A model generated the notes under the pieces. The model saw only the letters and a program-made list of their open reading frames with translations, searched no databases and was not told the DNA's origin. A stretch of DNA of 38,132 bases, taken from a virus. The stretch covers positions 1 to 38,132 of IMG/VR virus record IMGVR_UViG_3300027908_000014; one strand, written 5' to 3'. How positions within the stretch are numbered: the stretch's first letter is position 1; every line of letters begins with the position of its first letter. Position numbers and translations under genes: made by a program. This document shows, one piece after another, positions 1-8,389 of the stretch.

Positions 1-99
1 AGGAGCTTGCAGCGTGCCCGGCGTATCCACCACGGCGCACCACCATCAGCGATGGGTCGGGACCAGGGGGCACGTCGCCAATAGCTGAATGGCTTAGTC
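1..99. repeat. Terminal identity, copy 1 (same 99-mer as 38034..38132); circular-closure overlap
   Basis: Read directly: nt 1-99 and 38034-38132 are identical (aggagcttgcagcg...aatggcttagtc). An ORF stays open in frame across the join. Confidence 0.95.
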
Positions 100-227
100 A
101 CCCCTCGCTCCTCGCTACCCAAGGATGCTGCGCGTCCCGTCTTGTGCATGAGGTCGGCGGTAGGACTGAACTTGAAGTCCCGGTTGGTCGGCATGCCACG
201 GTGATTACGTTGACCACGCTTGCTCAC
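1..227 (-). CDS. Hypothetical protein, 5' part of a junction-spanning ORF (~131 aa; nt 100..227 continue into 38132..37865)
   Basis: GTG at 227..225 overlaps the TGA (226..224) of the upstream gene (GTGA). Manual translation VSKRGQRNHRGMPTNRDFKFSPTADLMHKTGRAASLGSEERGVTKPFSYW... stays open across the join. GC3 about 69%. Confidence 0.5.
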   Translation of the reverse strand, partial: MSKRGQRNHRGMPTNRDFKFSPTADLMHKTGRAASLGSEERGVTKPFSYWRRAPWSRPIADGGAPWWIRRARCKL

Positions 228-697
228 CACACCTTCCCTTCGGCTATTGGATCGGAACCATCGGGCAACGGAACGGATTGCATCGGCCCTGATGGGAGGG
301 CGGCGGCGATGAACCTCTCATGGTGCGGTAGCGGACACTCACCAGCCCGGTGCCGAGCGATGTGGTAATCACGATCAGCACCGCCCGGGAGGAACCCAGC
401 AAGGCTCGGACCTTCGATGCCGAACTCGGCCTTATACTTTTGGTCGCTCAGATCCTGAGCGTGCTTAGACGCTGACACGTAGAGGGCATCGGCCAAGCGC
501 ACGAACTTCCGCAGCCGCTCCAGCTCTTCGTCGCGAGCCGGGAGAGCCGCCAGGAGGGCGAGCGTGTCACGTGCCATCGCTATTTCGTTAGCCATTCGCT
601 TTGGGCGACCAGGCCAGGGGCCAAGGACGTTGGCCATGAGAGTGATACTGGCCCGCACTCTTGCCCGCTCCACCAGTTCGGCTACGTCGTCAGTCAC
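224..697 (-). CDS. Hypothetical protein (~157 aa)
   Basis: C-terminal two thirds of track ORF 224..997. GTG at 697..695 overlaps the TGA of ORF 694..915 (GTGGTGA). The N-terminal Thr/Ala/Gly/Arg-rich extension of the track ORF looks non-coding. Start could also be 700 or ATG 637. Confidence 0.55.
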   Translation of the reverse strand: MTDDVAELVERARVRASITLMANVLGPWPGRPKRMANEIAMARDTLALLAALPARDEELERLRKFVRLADALYVSASKHAQDLSDQKYKAEFGIEGPSLAGFLPGGADRDYHIARHRAGECPLPHHERFIAAALPSGPMQSVPLPDGSDPIAEGKVW

Positions 698-915
698 CAC
701 ATCACCTGCATGTTCTTGGCGTCCTCGGCCACGATGCCAAAGAGGGCCGCAGACTCGCGGGAAAGGTCGGGGGGGTTGAGCGCTGCCTTGACCCGGTCCC
801 AGTCGACCCTGGCATACGAGTGAGGTGCGCTGTTTCGGAACGTCTGGTGCGCCGCCCTTGCCGCCGCTTCGACCTCCTCCTCCTTTTGCGGACGGGGTGG
901 GGTTCGACCCGTCAT
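694..915 (-). CDS. Hypothetical protein (73 aa)
   Basis: Protein-like translation (MTGRTPPRPQKEEEVEAAARAAHQTF...). Its ATG overlaps the stop of the upstream mini-ORF (ATGA) and its stop overlaps the next start (GTGA). Confidence 0.6.
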   Translation of the reverse strand: MTGRTPPRPQKEEEVEAAARAAHQTFRNSAPHSYARVDWDRVKAALNPPDLSRESAALFGIVAEDAKNMQVMW

Positions 916-1025
916 CGGTCGTCCCGTCCGAAGTCCGGGTCGTCCCAGCAGCTGTACGTGCCCTCGTCGTCGTCATCGTCAAGTACGTCGTCGTCAATGA
1001 CGCCTGGGGGGTAGTTGTGCATCAT
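912..1025 (-). CDS. Small acidic ORF (37 aa, MMHNYPPGVIDDDVLDDDDDEGTYSCWDDPDFGRDDR)
   Basis: Below the track size cutoff; found by hand. It fills the RecT to next-gene gap exactly, with ATGA stop/start overlaps at both ends. Confidence 0.45.
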   Translation of the reverse strand: MMHNYPPGVIDDDVLDDDDDEGTYSCWDDPDFGRDDR

Positions 1026-2293
1026 CGCAACTGGTCCATCAGGGTCTGCGCATCGTTGTCGTCAACGATCTCAGCATCCTCGACGTCCCCGTCGTAGTCG
1101 ACCCCCTCGACTTCGGGGACCGCCACCGAGTCGGGCCAGCCCGCCACGATGTTGATGGCGTCTTGGAGTTTGGACGCGCTCAACTTGGGCAGATCCCCCC
1201 AACCGTGCTGGGCCAGGTAGGCCCGCACGATGGGCTGCTGACCCCGGTCGAGGTTGTTGATGATGGCCGTGAGTCCCTTGCGCAACTCCAGCCGTGCGGC
1301 GCTATCGGCTTCGACCTGTGCTTGCTCCTCGGGCGTGCGGTCAGCCACCCTCTTGCGCTTGGCCGGCGGGGTCGGTCCTGGTGCGGGCAAAGTACTCGTT
1401 GATTCGGTCGGTGACCCATCTTCGGCCACAGGAGCGGCCAGGGATGCAGATGACGACTCGCTCTCCGCGCTCGTAGGCGGCGATGACTCGCTGGGCAAAC
1501 TCGGATTGCCAGTCCCAGGCGGCGTCGAGGTGGGTGTGGGCGGCGGCGGGGTCGCTTGGGATGATGCACCTCCATCGTTGTCGTTACCGAAGTCTCGGAT
1601 CTCCTCGGGCGTGTAGCTCATGCCCGCCAGCACGTCGGCAAAGTGCCGCCGTCCCGCCCCTGACGTGGCGCGAGCGTCGAGCATGGCCCGAGGGTTCTTT
1701 TTCCACGCATCCTTGGCCAGCAGTCCCGCCGTGGCGGCGTCGATCATCGAGTAGGTGTACTCCTCCCACTCGCCCGCGGGCCAGTCCGAGCGGCGGCAAC
1801 GAGCCGTGGTGGCATCCTCGCCGTCGCGCAAGATGATCTGGTGGCCGTTGTCCATGATGAGGGCGCGCATGGACTCAGCAGTCAGGCCGACCTTGCCTTG
1901 GATCACATTGAAGCTGTCCAGCGCCTGCATGGGGCCGAACCCGAGTTCGTAGCCGCGCATGAAGCAGGCCAGGATGGCGTCAGGGCGGCCACGGAAGGCT
2001 ACTGGCACCATCTCGGTCGAGTGGATGGTGCGGGCCAGCTTCATGTAGTCACGGACGTATGGCAGGCCGCCAACCACCTTGGGCGGGATGGACGGGTAGG
2101 TGGGCTCGTACTCGACCACCTGTGGCGGGGCGGCCGGCACGATCTCGCCGTGTTCGGTCACCTCTTCGCTCATGTGGATCTCGGGGTGGACGATCACCTC
2201 GACCTCTTCGACGGTCGGCTCTTGTGGGGCCTCGACCTCGGCGCGCTTGGCCGAGAGGAGGCCAGCGAGGCTGGTGGTGGGGGTTTGGGTCAT
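1022..2293 (-). CDS. recT: RecT-family single-strand annealing recombinase with a long C-terminal extension (423 aa)
   Basis: RecT-like core (VPVAFRGRPDAILACFMRGYELGFGPMQALDSFNVIQGKVGL...AKDAWKKNPRAMLDARA). Start taken at ATG 2293 (MTQTPTTS), preceded by AAGGAGGAG and overlapping the exonuclease stop (ATGA), not the track start at 2422. Confidence 0.8.
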   Translation of the reverse strand: MTQTPTTSLAGLLSAKRAEVEAPQEPTVEEVEVIVHPEIHMSEEVTEHGEIVPAAPPQVVEYEPTYPSIPPKVVGGLPYVRDYMKLARTIHSTEMVPVAFRGRPDAILACFMRGYELGFGPMQALDSFNVIQGKVGLTAESMRALIMDNGHQIILRDGEDATTARCRRSDWPAGEWEEYTYSMIDAATAGLLAKDAWKKNPRAMLDARATSGAGRRHFADVLAGMSYTPEEIRDFGNDNDGGASSQATPPPPTPTSTPPGTGNPSLPSESSPPTSAESESSSASLAAPVAEDGSPTESTSTLPAPGPTPPAKRKRVADRTPEEQAQVEADSAARLELRKGLTAIINNLDRGQQPIVRAYLAQHGWGDLPKLSASKLQDAINIVAGWPDSVAVPEVEGVDYDGDVEDAEIVDDNDAQTLMDQLR

Positions 2294-3267
2294 GACTCCT
2301 CCTTGGTGGCGCTGTAGCGGAGGGTCCGCACAGAGGTGGTCTTGGCGAACTCCGCGGCGAGGGCGGGATGCGCCTCCTTGAGGGCCTTGGTGTCGAGGGT
2401 CGTGCGAGCCGATCCCTTCCACGTGACGACCTTCTGGCTGCCGACCATGCCAACCTCAGCATCACCCAACGTCGCCATGATCGTGGCGTCGATGGAGTCG
2501 AGGTCGCCCTTGATCCGCTCGGCCTGCTCTTTGAGGCTGACCCGCATGGCGAGGAGTTCGGAGGCGAATGGCCCGAGGTCGACCACCTTGTCGGGGTCGG
2601 GCTGCCAGCGGCGCTGGAGGGCCTTGCGGGTCGATTCGGACCCATCGGGCGGCGGGGCCACCTGATTGAGGACGTTCTGCCAGAAGGCTTCCTCGATGGC
2701 CACCAGGTCGGCAATGAGTTGGTCGTTGCGCTCGACCTCAGCGATGACCAGCTTCTGGCCGCCGATCAGGCAGGCGTAGTGGACGACGGGCAGGCCGAGG
2801 ACAGCGAGGTAGTGCTGCCCCTGGACGGCGTAGGTCAACGGGACGGTAACCGCCCCGTTCTCGTCCTCGGCCCACTGGTCAGCAAACCGGGTGGTCTTGA
2901 TTTCAAGCACCCCGTCGAGCTTGGTGGCCGGACCGGTCAGACGGTCGACGTTGGCGAACATGAACGGATAGTCCGTGTTGCGGACCATCCGGTTGAAGGT
3001 CTGGACCTCGATGCCGGTGCGCCGGGAGAACTCCTCAGCGATGGGATCTTCGAGCAGCTTGCCCCAGGTCTGGTACTCCTTCTCGTCGCCCGGGTCGGGC
3101 AGGACGCCTGCCACCTTCTCGGTCCACAGCTCATACGGCGAGCGCCACGTGGACACACCGGCCACCACCCCAGCGTCCGAGCCGCCCAGGCCGCCCAGCC
3201 GCAGCCGGTGCCACTCTGGTGAGTCCGAACCGATCTCGTCTAGGTCAGCGATGATCTCGATAGCCAT
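2290..3267 (-). CDS. YqaJ / lambda-Exo-like (PD-(D/E)XK) recombination exonuclease (325 aa)
   Basis: YqaJ-type N-terminus (WHRLRLGGLGGSDAGVVAGVSTWRSPYELWTEKVG) and EIK motif (LEIKTTR). It is paired with recT. Start at ATG 3267 (MAIEIIADL) has the SD AAGGAGG. Confidence 0.85.
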   Translation of the reverse strand: MAIEIIADLDEIGSDSPEWHRLRLGGLGGSDAGVVAGVSTWRSPYELWTEKVAGVLPDPGDEKEYQTWGKLLEDPIAEEFSRRTGIEVQTFNRMVRNTDYPFMFANVDRLTGPATKLDGVLEIKTTRFADQWAEDENGAVTVPLTYAVQGQHYLAVLGLPVVHYACLIGGQKLVIAEVERNDQLIADLVAIEEAFWQNVLNQVAPPPDGSESTRKALQRRWQPDPDKVVDLGPFASELLAMRVSLKEQAERIKGDLDSIDATIMATLGDAEVGMVGSQKVVTWKGSARTTLDTKALKEAHPALAAEFAKTTSVRTLRYSATKEES

Positions 3268-3310
3268 GCGGGGTGCCTCCTTGGTTGTCAGAACTGCTGC
3301 TCCCGTCGTT

Positions 3311-3339
3311 AGTATGACAGGACGCTGTGACAATAGCAA
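3311..3339 (-). promoter_or_regulatory. Candidate promoter for the exo-recT unit (-35 TTGCTA, 17 bp, -10 CATACT)
   Basis: Hexamers read on the minus strand, between the terminator and the exo SD. This is sequence pattern only. Confidence 0.4.
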
Positions 3340-3357
3340 GGTTTGTTGCCCCCGGGC

Positions 3358-3396
3358 ATGAGAAACCCCCGCCACTTGGAGGCGGGGGTTTCTCAT
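3358..3396. terminator. Bidirectional intrinsic terminator ending the late/lysis unit
   Basis: Perfect 16-bp inverted repeat atgagaaacccccgcc / ggcgggggtttctcat with a 7-nt loop. The GC core CCCCCGCC/GGCGGGGG is followed by UUUCUCAU on either strand. It lies 60 nt after the stop of 3457..3786. Confidence 0.8.
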
Positions 3397-3456
3397 CTTT
3401 GGCCAGGAGACGCAGTGCTTGGGAGCAGAAGCAACCCTTTGGCCAGAAGCCTTACG

Positions 3457-3786
3457 TTAGTCCGTCGACTTGGTGGTCAGCCCCGCCTCTCGGGTCATCT
3501 GACGCTTGCCCTCCTGCACCCCCTCCAGCCGAGCGATAGCGGTGGCGTGGGCGTTGGACACCCCATCCTGGCGGGCCTGGGCCGATTCGATCTTGACGAA
3601 CCGCGGGGTCACCTGCACCGCGATGATGTCCCCCACCTCGTCACGGATGGTGTCCTTGATCGAGCGTTGGAAGGACTTGAGGAGGACCACGCCGACCGGG
3701 GTCAAGAGGACGACGACTGAGGACGCCGTGAACAGAGCGCCTTCCCAGTTGACGCCTGTGGTGTGGACCGCCACCATGTCGATCAT
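3457..3786 (-). CDS. Holin-like / lysis-associated membrane protein (109 aa)
   Basis: One clear hydrophobic span (ALFTASSVVVLLTPVGVVLL). It is directly downstream of the endolysin and is the last gene before the terminator. Confidence 0.5.
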   Translation of the reverse strand: MIDMVAVHTTGVNWEGALFTASSVVVLLTPVGVVLLKSFQRSIKDTIRDEVGDIIAVQVTPRFVKIESAQARQDGVSNAHATAIARLEGVQEGKRQMTREAGLTTKSTD

Positions 3787-3823
3787 CAGAGAGCACTACC
3801 CGCTATCCGCCTCGGGCAACCCA

Positions 3824-4612
3824 TCAGGTGGCGGCCGAGGGGGCGGTGCCGTTCTCCATGAAGTCGGGGGCGGTGTAGAGGTTGTAGACCAGCTTGCCGG
3901 TGGCCTGGCTGGTGCTGATGACGCACACACCGCCGTCAGCGGTGATGTAGGCCGTCTCCATCGCCTCGGTTTTGGGGTTCCAGACTCGGGTAATCATGTC
4001 GTCGGTGATTCCTTCCGGTAGGGGTGGGGGAACAACGGGTGGTGGGTCGGTGAGGCCGAAGAGGTCGTCGTACTGGACCCCGGTGCCATGCCAGGACGAC
4101 TCATCGCACAGGCCCGGGATGCCGGGGATGTCGGCGCTGGGGGTGAACTGCCACATGACGCCCCAACCGGGATATCCCTGGTTGTAGGCGGCGCACCAGG
4201 TGGTACTCGGCACCTGGGCACGGATGCTCCCGAGCGTGGACGCGGAGCCGTAGGTGCACCGGGCGGTCGGGTCCAGGTCGAGTGCGGAGAGGAACGAGCG
4301 CGCCCACGCCGTGTTGGTCGACGTCTCGATGTCGAGGACGCGAGCCCATCGAACGCCAGCGGTAGCCACGAAAAACTCGGCCTCGTCGCCAGCGTCGGTG
4401 AAGCTGGCGAAGTGATACGCCAACACGTCGATCTCGGCTTCCTGCGCCCCGTCCATGTCGCGTTCGTACCAGGGGTTCACGTAGGTGGTCCCCTCGGTGG
4501 CCTTGATGATCGCCGTGGTCACCCCGGCCGCCCGAACCAGCCCCCAGTTGATCGGGTCGCCGCCAGGGTGGTTATTGCTCGACAGGTCGATGATGCGTCC
4601 GATGGTTGTCAT
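3824..4612 (-). CDS. Endolysin, glycoside hydrolase family 25 (muramidase) with an unassigned C-terminal domain
   Basis: GH25-type N-terminus (IIDLSSNNHPGGDPINWGLVRAAGVTTAIIKATEGTTYVNPWY...LDIE). A Pro-rich linker precedes an ~70-aa C-terminal domain. Confidence 0.8.
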   Translation of the reverse strand: MTTIGRIIDLSSNNHPGGDPINWGLVRAAGVTTAIIKATEGTTYVNPWYERDMDGAQEAEIDVLAYHFASFTDAGDEAEFFVATAGVRWARVLDIETSTNTAWARSFLSALDLDPTARCTYGSASTLGSIRAQVPSTTWCAAYNQGYPGWGVMWQFTPSADIPGIPGLCDESSWHGTGVQYDDLFGLTDPPPVVPPPLPEGITDDMITRVWNPKTEAMETAYITADGGVCVISTSQATGKLVYNLYTAPDFMENGTAPSAAT

Positions 4613-4965
4613 CAGAAGAACGTTACCGTGGTATCGGTCACGGCGAGGGTGGCCGAGTACAGGTCGATGTCAGCGGGCGGCGAGGCCGGGAAGCTGACAA
4701 GGGACGGGGCGGTCAGGGCGAGGGGGGTCCCGGTGTCGCCCGAAATGCCCTTGAGCGTCATGGCGACAGCGTTGCCCGCGGCCGGCTGGATCAGGACACC
4801 GACCGACCAGGAGGGCACGGCGACCAGGTTGTCCCCCTCCGCCAGCACCACGTTGAGCACCTGGACCAGGTTGCTGATCGTCGGGGCGATGGTCACGGTC
4901 GGGATGGACAAGGTGCCCTGGGGCAGTTCGTTGAGCACCGCTTGGATCGTCACTCGGCCAGCCAT
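4612..4965 (-). CDS. Hypothetical virion-associated protein (117 aa)
   Basis: Track ORF with SD GGAGGA 8 nt before the ATG and a TGATG overlap with the lysin start. It lies between fibre and lysis genes. Confidence 0.6.
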   Translation of the reverse strand: MAGRVTIQAVLNELPQGTLSIPTVTIAPTISNLVQVLNVVLAEGDNLVAVPSWSVGVLIQPAAGNAVAMTLKGISGDTGTPLALTAPSLVSFPASPPADIDLYSATLAVTDTTVTFF

Positions 4966-4981
4966 CAGGGGATCCTCCGTG

Positions 4982-6334
4982 TCATGAGCTTGTTACCGTC
5001 TCCCAGGCCGTAGCGCCGCCGATGCGGAGCTTGGACAGGGTGGTGTCGTAGTACATGCCGCCCTTGACGTAGGTCGGGGCCGAGGCCAGGGCTTGGATAA
5101 TGGCGTTAGAGCCGAGGATGGCCCCGCCGAGATTCTGCAGGACACCAGAGATCATGATGGCGTTGAACGAGGAACCGGCTGGGTAGGCGTCGGCAAACGA
5201 TCCCCCGGTGATCCATGCGGCACCGATGTCGACGCCGTTGACTATCGTCCCACCGCTGGCCGTCACGCCCTTGATGAAGTAGGTGAACGGGGACGGGGGG
5301 GCGGTGCCGAACGTCGGCGTGCTGAGCAGGATCCCAGCGCCAGCGTGTGTGGTTTCCTGGATCATGGGGGAACTGGCCGGTGCGGCGGGGCCTTGCACGA
5401 AACGTGGCGAGTTCCAAACCGATTGGCGGGTTGCGTTCGAGCGGTCGATAAGGGGCACGTCAGAGGTGCCCGCGACGGTGTCGACCGTGCAGCCGTTGAA
5501 GGTCTGCGCGCCGTAGTCCTCTACACAGGCGTTCGAGCCGGCGGCGTTGGCTTGCGAGTTGCCGACAAAGTGGCAGTTGGCGTACTTGTCGTCGGCCCCG
5601 GCGCACACCGATGTGCCACCTGAGAAGATGGAGTTGGCTACCGACCAGTCCGTGCCCTGGGCGTTGAGCGCCAGGACGGTGGAGGCGGGGTTGGACCCGG
5701 CGAAGGTGCGGACCACGATGTCCGAGGCGGTGAACTCGGTCGAGGATGAGTTGGAGTCGAGCGCGGTGGTGGTGGCCCCGTAGACCCCGATGTTGCGGGA
5801 GCGGCACTCAGGAGCCTGGACCTGGAGGCCGTAGGGCACCGCAGTCGAGGTGCCGAGGGGGTAGGCGTTGATCTGGATGTCCTGGAGTCCAGAGCATTTG
5901 TTGACCAACTGGACCAGCGCGGTCGGGCTGAAACCGGTAGCCGGGACGATCTGCGTCCCACCTTCAAAGCCGAGTTGGGGGCCGGTGCCGTTGGGCTGGT
6001 CGACCATGCCCGACGCCTTGAGAGTGAAGCCGATGGGGGGCTGGAGGGGGAGTTGCGTGCCGATCTGGCCAGGGGGAAGCACCAAGTTGTTCTGCCCCGA
6101 GTTGGTGATGTTCTCCATGTACGTCATGATCGTGGCGTACTCGTCCTGGCCACCGACCACGACGTTAGGCATGTAGATGTTCTTCTCGGTCCGCTCATTG
6201 TTGCCCGCAATGGCCGCCCCCATCGCGAGCAGGAGGACGCCGAGAGTTACGTCGCTCGGCGGTGTCCCGTCGAGGTCGTTGATGATGATGTAGCGGTAGA
6301 TCTCATCGAGAGAAAGAGGGTTCGTGACCGACAC
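4982..6334 (-). CDS. Tail fibre / tailspike-like protein (450 aa)
   Basis: Position after the Gly-rich fibre. Ser/Thr/Gly/Asn-rich beta-type composition. The C-terminus (YYDTTLSKLRIGGATAWETVTSS) resembles fibre tips. GTG start. Confidence 0.55.
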   Translation of the reverse strand: MSVTNPLSLDEIYRYIIINDLDGTPPSDVTLGVLLLAMGAAIAGNNERTEKNIYMPNVVVGGQDEYATIMTYMENITNSGQNNLVLPPGQIGTQLPLQPPIGFTLKASGMVDQPNGTGPQLGFEGGTQIVPATGFSPTALVQLVNKCSGLQDIQINAYPLGTSTAVPYGLQVQAPECRSRNIGVYGATTTALDSNSSSTEFTASDIVVRTFAGSNPASTVLALNAQGTDWSVANSIFSGGTSVCAGADDKYANCHFVGNSQANAAGSNACVEDYGAQTFNGCTVDTVAGTSDVPLIDRSNATRQSVWNSPRFVQGPAAPASSPMIQETTHAGAGILLSTPTFGTAPPSPFTYFIKGVTASGGTIVNGVDIGAAWITGGSFADAYPAGSSFNAIMISGVLQNLGGAILGSNAIIQALASAPTYVKGGMYYDTTLSKLRIGGATAWETVTSS

Positions 6335-6369
6335 GGACTAGGACAGGCCCTGGGACGTGATGGTCACGG

Positions 6370-7518
6370 TTACGCCACCTGGTAGATGACTACGTACCCC
6401 GAACCGCCGGGGCCGCCAGCACCACCGGCGGTGCCCGCACCACCACCACCACCACCACCACCGGTATTGGCCGCCGCCGTTGCGCCGAGGCCACCCTGGC
6501 CAGCGGTACCGTTGTTGCCGTTGCCGCCATTGGCCCCACCGCCACCGCCCCCGAGCGCGGTACCACCACCTCCGGTGCCACCGAGGGACGAACCACCAGG
6601 GCCACCGGAGGCCGAGGTCGGGCCACCACCACCACCGCCACCGGATCCGAACCGATTCATACCAGGACCACCGCGACCACCGGCCACATTGGTGGCGAAT
6701 CCAGCCCCGCCTGATGTGCCTGCGGCGGGAGCGTTGATGTTGGTCGAGGGCGATTGGTTGTCTCCACCGATGCCCGAGGTCTTGCCACCCTGCGCAGTCA
6801 CGGTCCCAGCTACCGGCCCGGTGATCGAGGTCGGATTGCCGTTGGTGGCCGAAGCTCCGCCAGCTCCAATGGTCACGGTCTGTGCTCCGGTCACATTGCC
6901 GAGGTCGTAGTCCTGGAGGACTTCACCACCACCACCACCGTTGCCGCCGGTTGAGGCAGAGCCGACCGCACCACCACCACCGCCGCCAATGATGAGAGCA
7001 CGAAAGATGGCCCGCCCGGTGGTCGAAGGTGTCCAGGTGTTGGCCCCGACCGCGGTGAATACGACCGGGGCGGCCAGTTCGGTACCGGCGACCGCGGTGG
7101 TGACGAACGCCGTGGTGGCCAACTGGGTTGTATTGGTCCCGGCCGCCGCTGTGGGCGCCGCCGGAATACCGGTGAACGTAGGGTTGGCTAGCGGTGCGGC
7201 TCCGGTTATTTGGCCGACCGAATAGTCGCCCGAGGTCGCGGTGACGGCTCCGGTGCGGGTGAATACCGACGTGACCGGGGCTGCTGTTTGGTTTGCCTGG
7301 ATGATCGAGATGACGTTGGCCGTGGCCACCAGAGTGGTGGCGTTCGATCCAGCGGCTGCCGTCACGTCGCCGGTCAGAGCCGCTCGAGCGACAGTGACTG
7401 CTCCGGTCGTCGGGGTGACGATAACCGTGCCGTTGGCCGCTGTGACCGAGGTGATTGCCCCCCCTCCAGCCGCCGCCCCGAGACTGATCCCGCCGACCTC
7501 GCCAGCGCCGAAACCCAT
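6370..7518 (-). CDS. Tail fibre protein with a C-terminal glycine-rich domain (382 aa)
   Basis: Fibre-type motif (LANPTFTGIPAAPTAAAGTNTTQLATTAFV) followed by IIGGGGGG...GGNGGGGG...GGGGGGGG...GSGYVVIY. Start taken at ATG 7518 (TAATG overlap with the upstream stop). Confidence 0.7.
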   Translation of the reverse strand: MGFGAGEVGGISLGAAAGGGAITSVTAANGTVIVTPTTGAVTVARAALTGDVTAAAGSNATTLVATANVISIIQANQTAAPVTSVFTRTGAVTATSGDYSVGQITGAAPLANPTFTGIPAAPTAAAGTNTTQLATTAFVTTAVAGTELAAPVVFTAVGANTWTPSTTGRAIFRALIIGGGGGGAVGSASTGGNGGGGGEVLQDYDLGNVTGAQTVTIGAGGASATNGNPTSITGPVAGTVTAQGGKTSGIGGDNQSPSTNINAPAAGTSGGAGFATNVAGGRGGPGMNRFGSGGGGGGGPTSASGGPGGSSLGGTGGGGTALGGGGGGANGGNGNNGTAGQGGLGATAAANTGGGGGGGGAGTAGGAGGPGGSGYVVIYQVA

Positions 7519-7841
7519 TACGTCCTCTGGCAAAGGACAGCGACGTTGGCAGTCGAACTGGCCACGACGGCATAGAGCGAATCGTTCCCGACGACGTTGT
7601 ACGGGACGGCCTCACCAGCCAAGAGCTCCTCCCCGGTCGAGGTGGTCACGGCCGACCCCCCGAGGTAGACGGTCACCGCACTCACGTTGCGGACCAGGAT
7701 CGGGCGGGGGTCGTTCGGCGTGCCGGCCCAAAAGATCTGGCTGGCGGGGGCGACCGCCGGGTCAGGGGACACACCGCTGGTGGTCTGCCACAGGAGCGTG
7801 GCCGTGGTCCCCACCGCGACGATATCGGCTGTAGCTGCCAT
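7518..7841 (-). CDS. Hypothetical virion protein (107 aa)
   Basis: Track ORF with protein-like composition, coupled to the fibre gene. Confidence 0.55.
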   Translation of the reverse strand: MAATADIVAVGTTATLLWQTTSGVSPDPAVAPASQIFWAGTPNDPRPILVRNVSAVTVYLGGSAVTTSTGEELLAGEAVPYNVVGNDSLYAVVASSTANVAVLCQRT

Positions 7842-7852
7842 GACCGCGGACT

Positions 7853-8389
7853 TTACCTCAGTTTGCGCACCGAGGCACGGTTGCGCTCCTGCTCAGCCAA
7901 TGCGGCGTTGCGGGCCTCTATGGCACGGAGGGCTCGATTCTCGGCCGTCCGCTTGGTGCGGAAGTCCTGGCGGCGCTGGCGTTCGGCGGCCTTCTTGGCG
8001 GCCTCGGCATAGGTCAACTCGCCCATAAAGCGGATCCGCAGCTGGCGATGGCACCAGGTGTCCCGCTTGGTGTCGATCCGAAACTCCCAATCCTCCAGGG
8101 GGCAATTGCGGGCCAGCCACTGCTCGATGTTCCGCCGGTCGCTGTAGATCAGGCGGTGGGTTTCCCGCTTGCCGCCCTTCCAATGCTCGCTGACGATGGC
8201 CCACTGGCCGAGGTGTTCTTCCTTGCGGCACAGGTCGAAGTGGGCCATCCAGGGCGACTTGCGCGGTGGCGGGCGGTAGCGGCCCGGCGGCGGGCGCTCA
8301 AAGCGCAGGTCGACCATGCCCTTGGGGCGTTTCGGCTCGGGTGGCCCATTGAGGTCGTTGGGCACCGTGTCACTCGGCACCGTTCTCAT
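7853..8389 (-). CDS. Hypothetical basic protein with a C-terminal coiled-coil-like tail (178 aa), partner of the RHH gene
   Basis: Track ORF overlapping the RHH gene by ~20 nt. The start is ATG 8389 or GTG 8380 (9 nt after GGAGG). I recognise no family. Confidence 0.55.
   Translation of the reverse strand: MRTVPSDTVPNDLNGPPEPKRPKGMVDLRFERPPPGRYRPPPRKSPWMAHFDLCRKEEHLGQWAIVSEHWKGGKRETHRLIYSDRRNIEQWLARNCPLEDWEFRIDTKRDTWCHRQLRIRFMGELTYAEAAKKAAERQRRQDFRTKRTAENRALRAIEARNAALAEQERNRASVRKLR

Noticed and set aside
1-99. The 99-nt end identity as a genuine physical direct terminal repeat.
   Set aside because: An ORF reads through it in frame, and 99 nt is a typical assembler k-mer overlap. This cannot be excluded without read-terminus data.
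698-997. N-terminal 100 aa of track ORF 224..997 (MTTTYLTMTTTRARTAAGTTRTSDG...).
   Set aside because: This region is better explained by two other-frame ORFs (694..915 and 912..1025) linked by ATGA/GTGA overlaps. The composition of the extension is not protein-like.
2294-2422. Upstream extensions of the RecT (to 2422) and exonuclease (to 3396) track ORFs.
   Set aside because: Internal ATGs with strong SDs (AAGGAGG) and an ATGA overlap give canonical N-termini. The exonuclease extension would run through the promoter and terminator region.
6370-7518. A diversity-generating retroelement or other targeted hypervariation system acting on the fibre genes.
   Set aside because: There is no reverse transcriptase gene, and I saw no template/variable repeat pair. 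Only simple triplet repeats are present.
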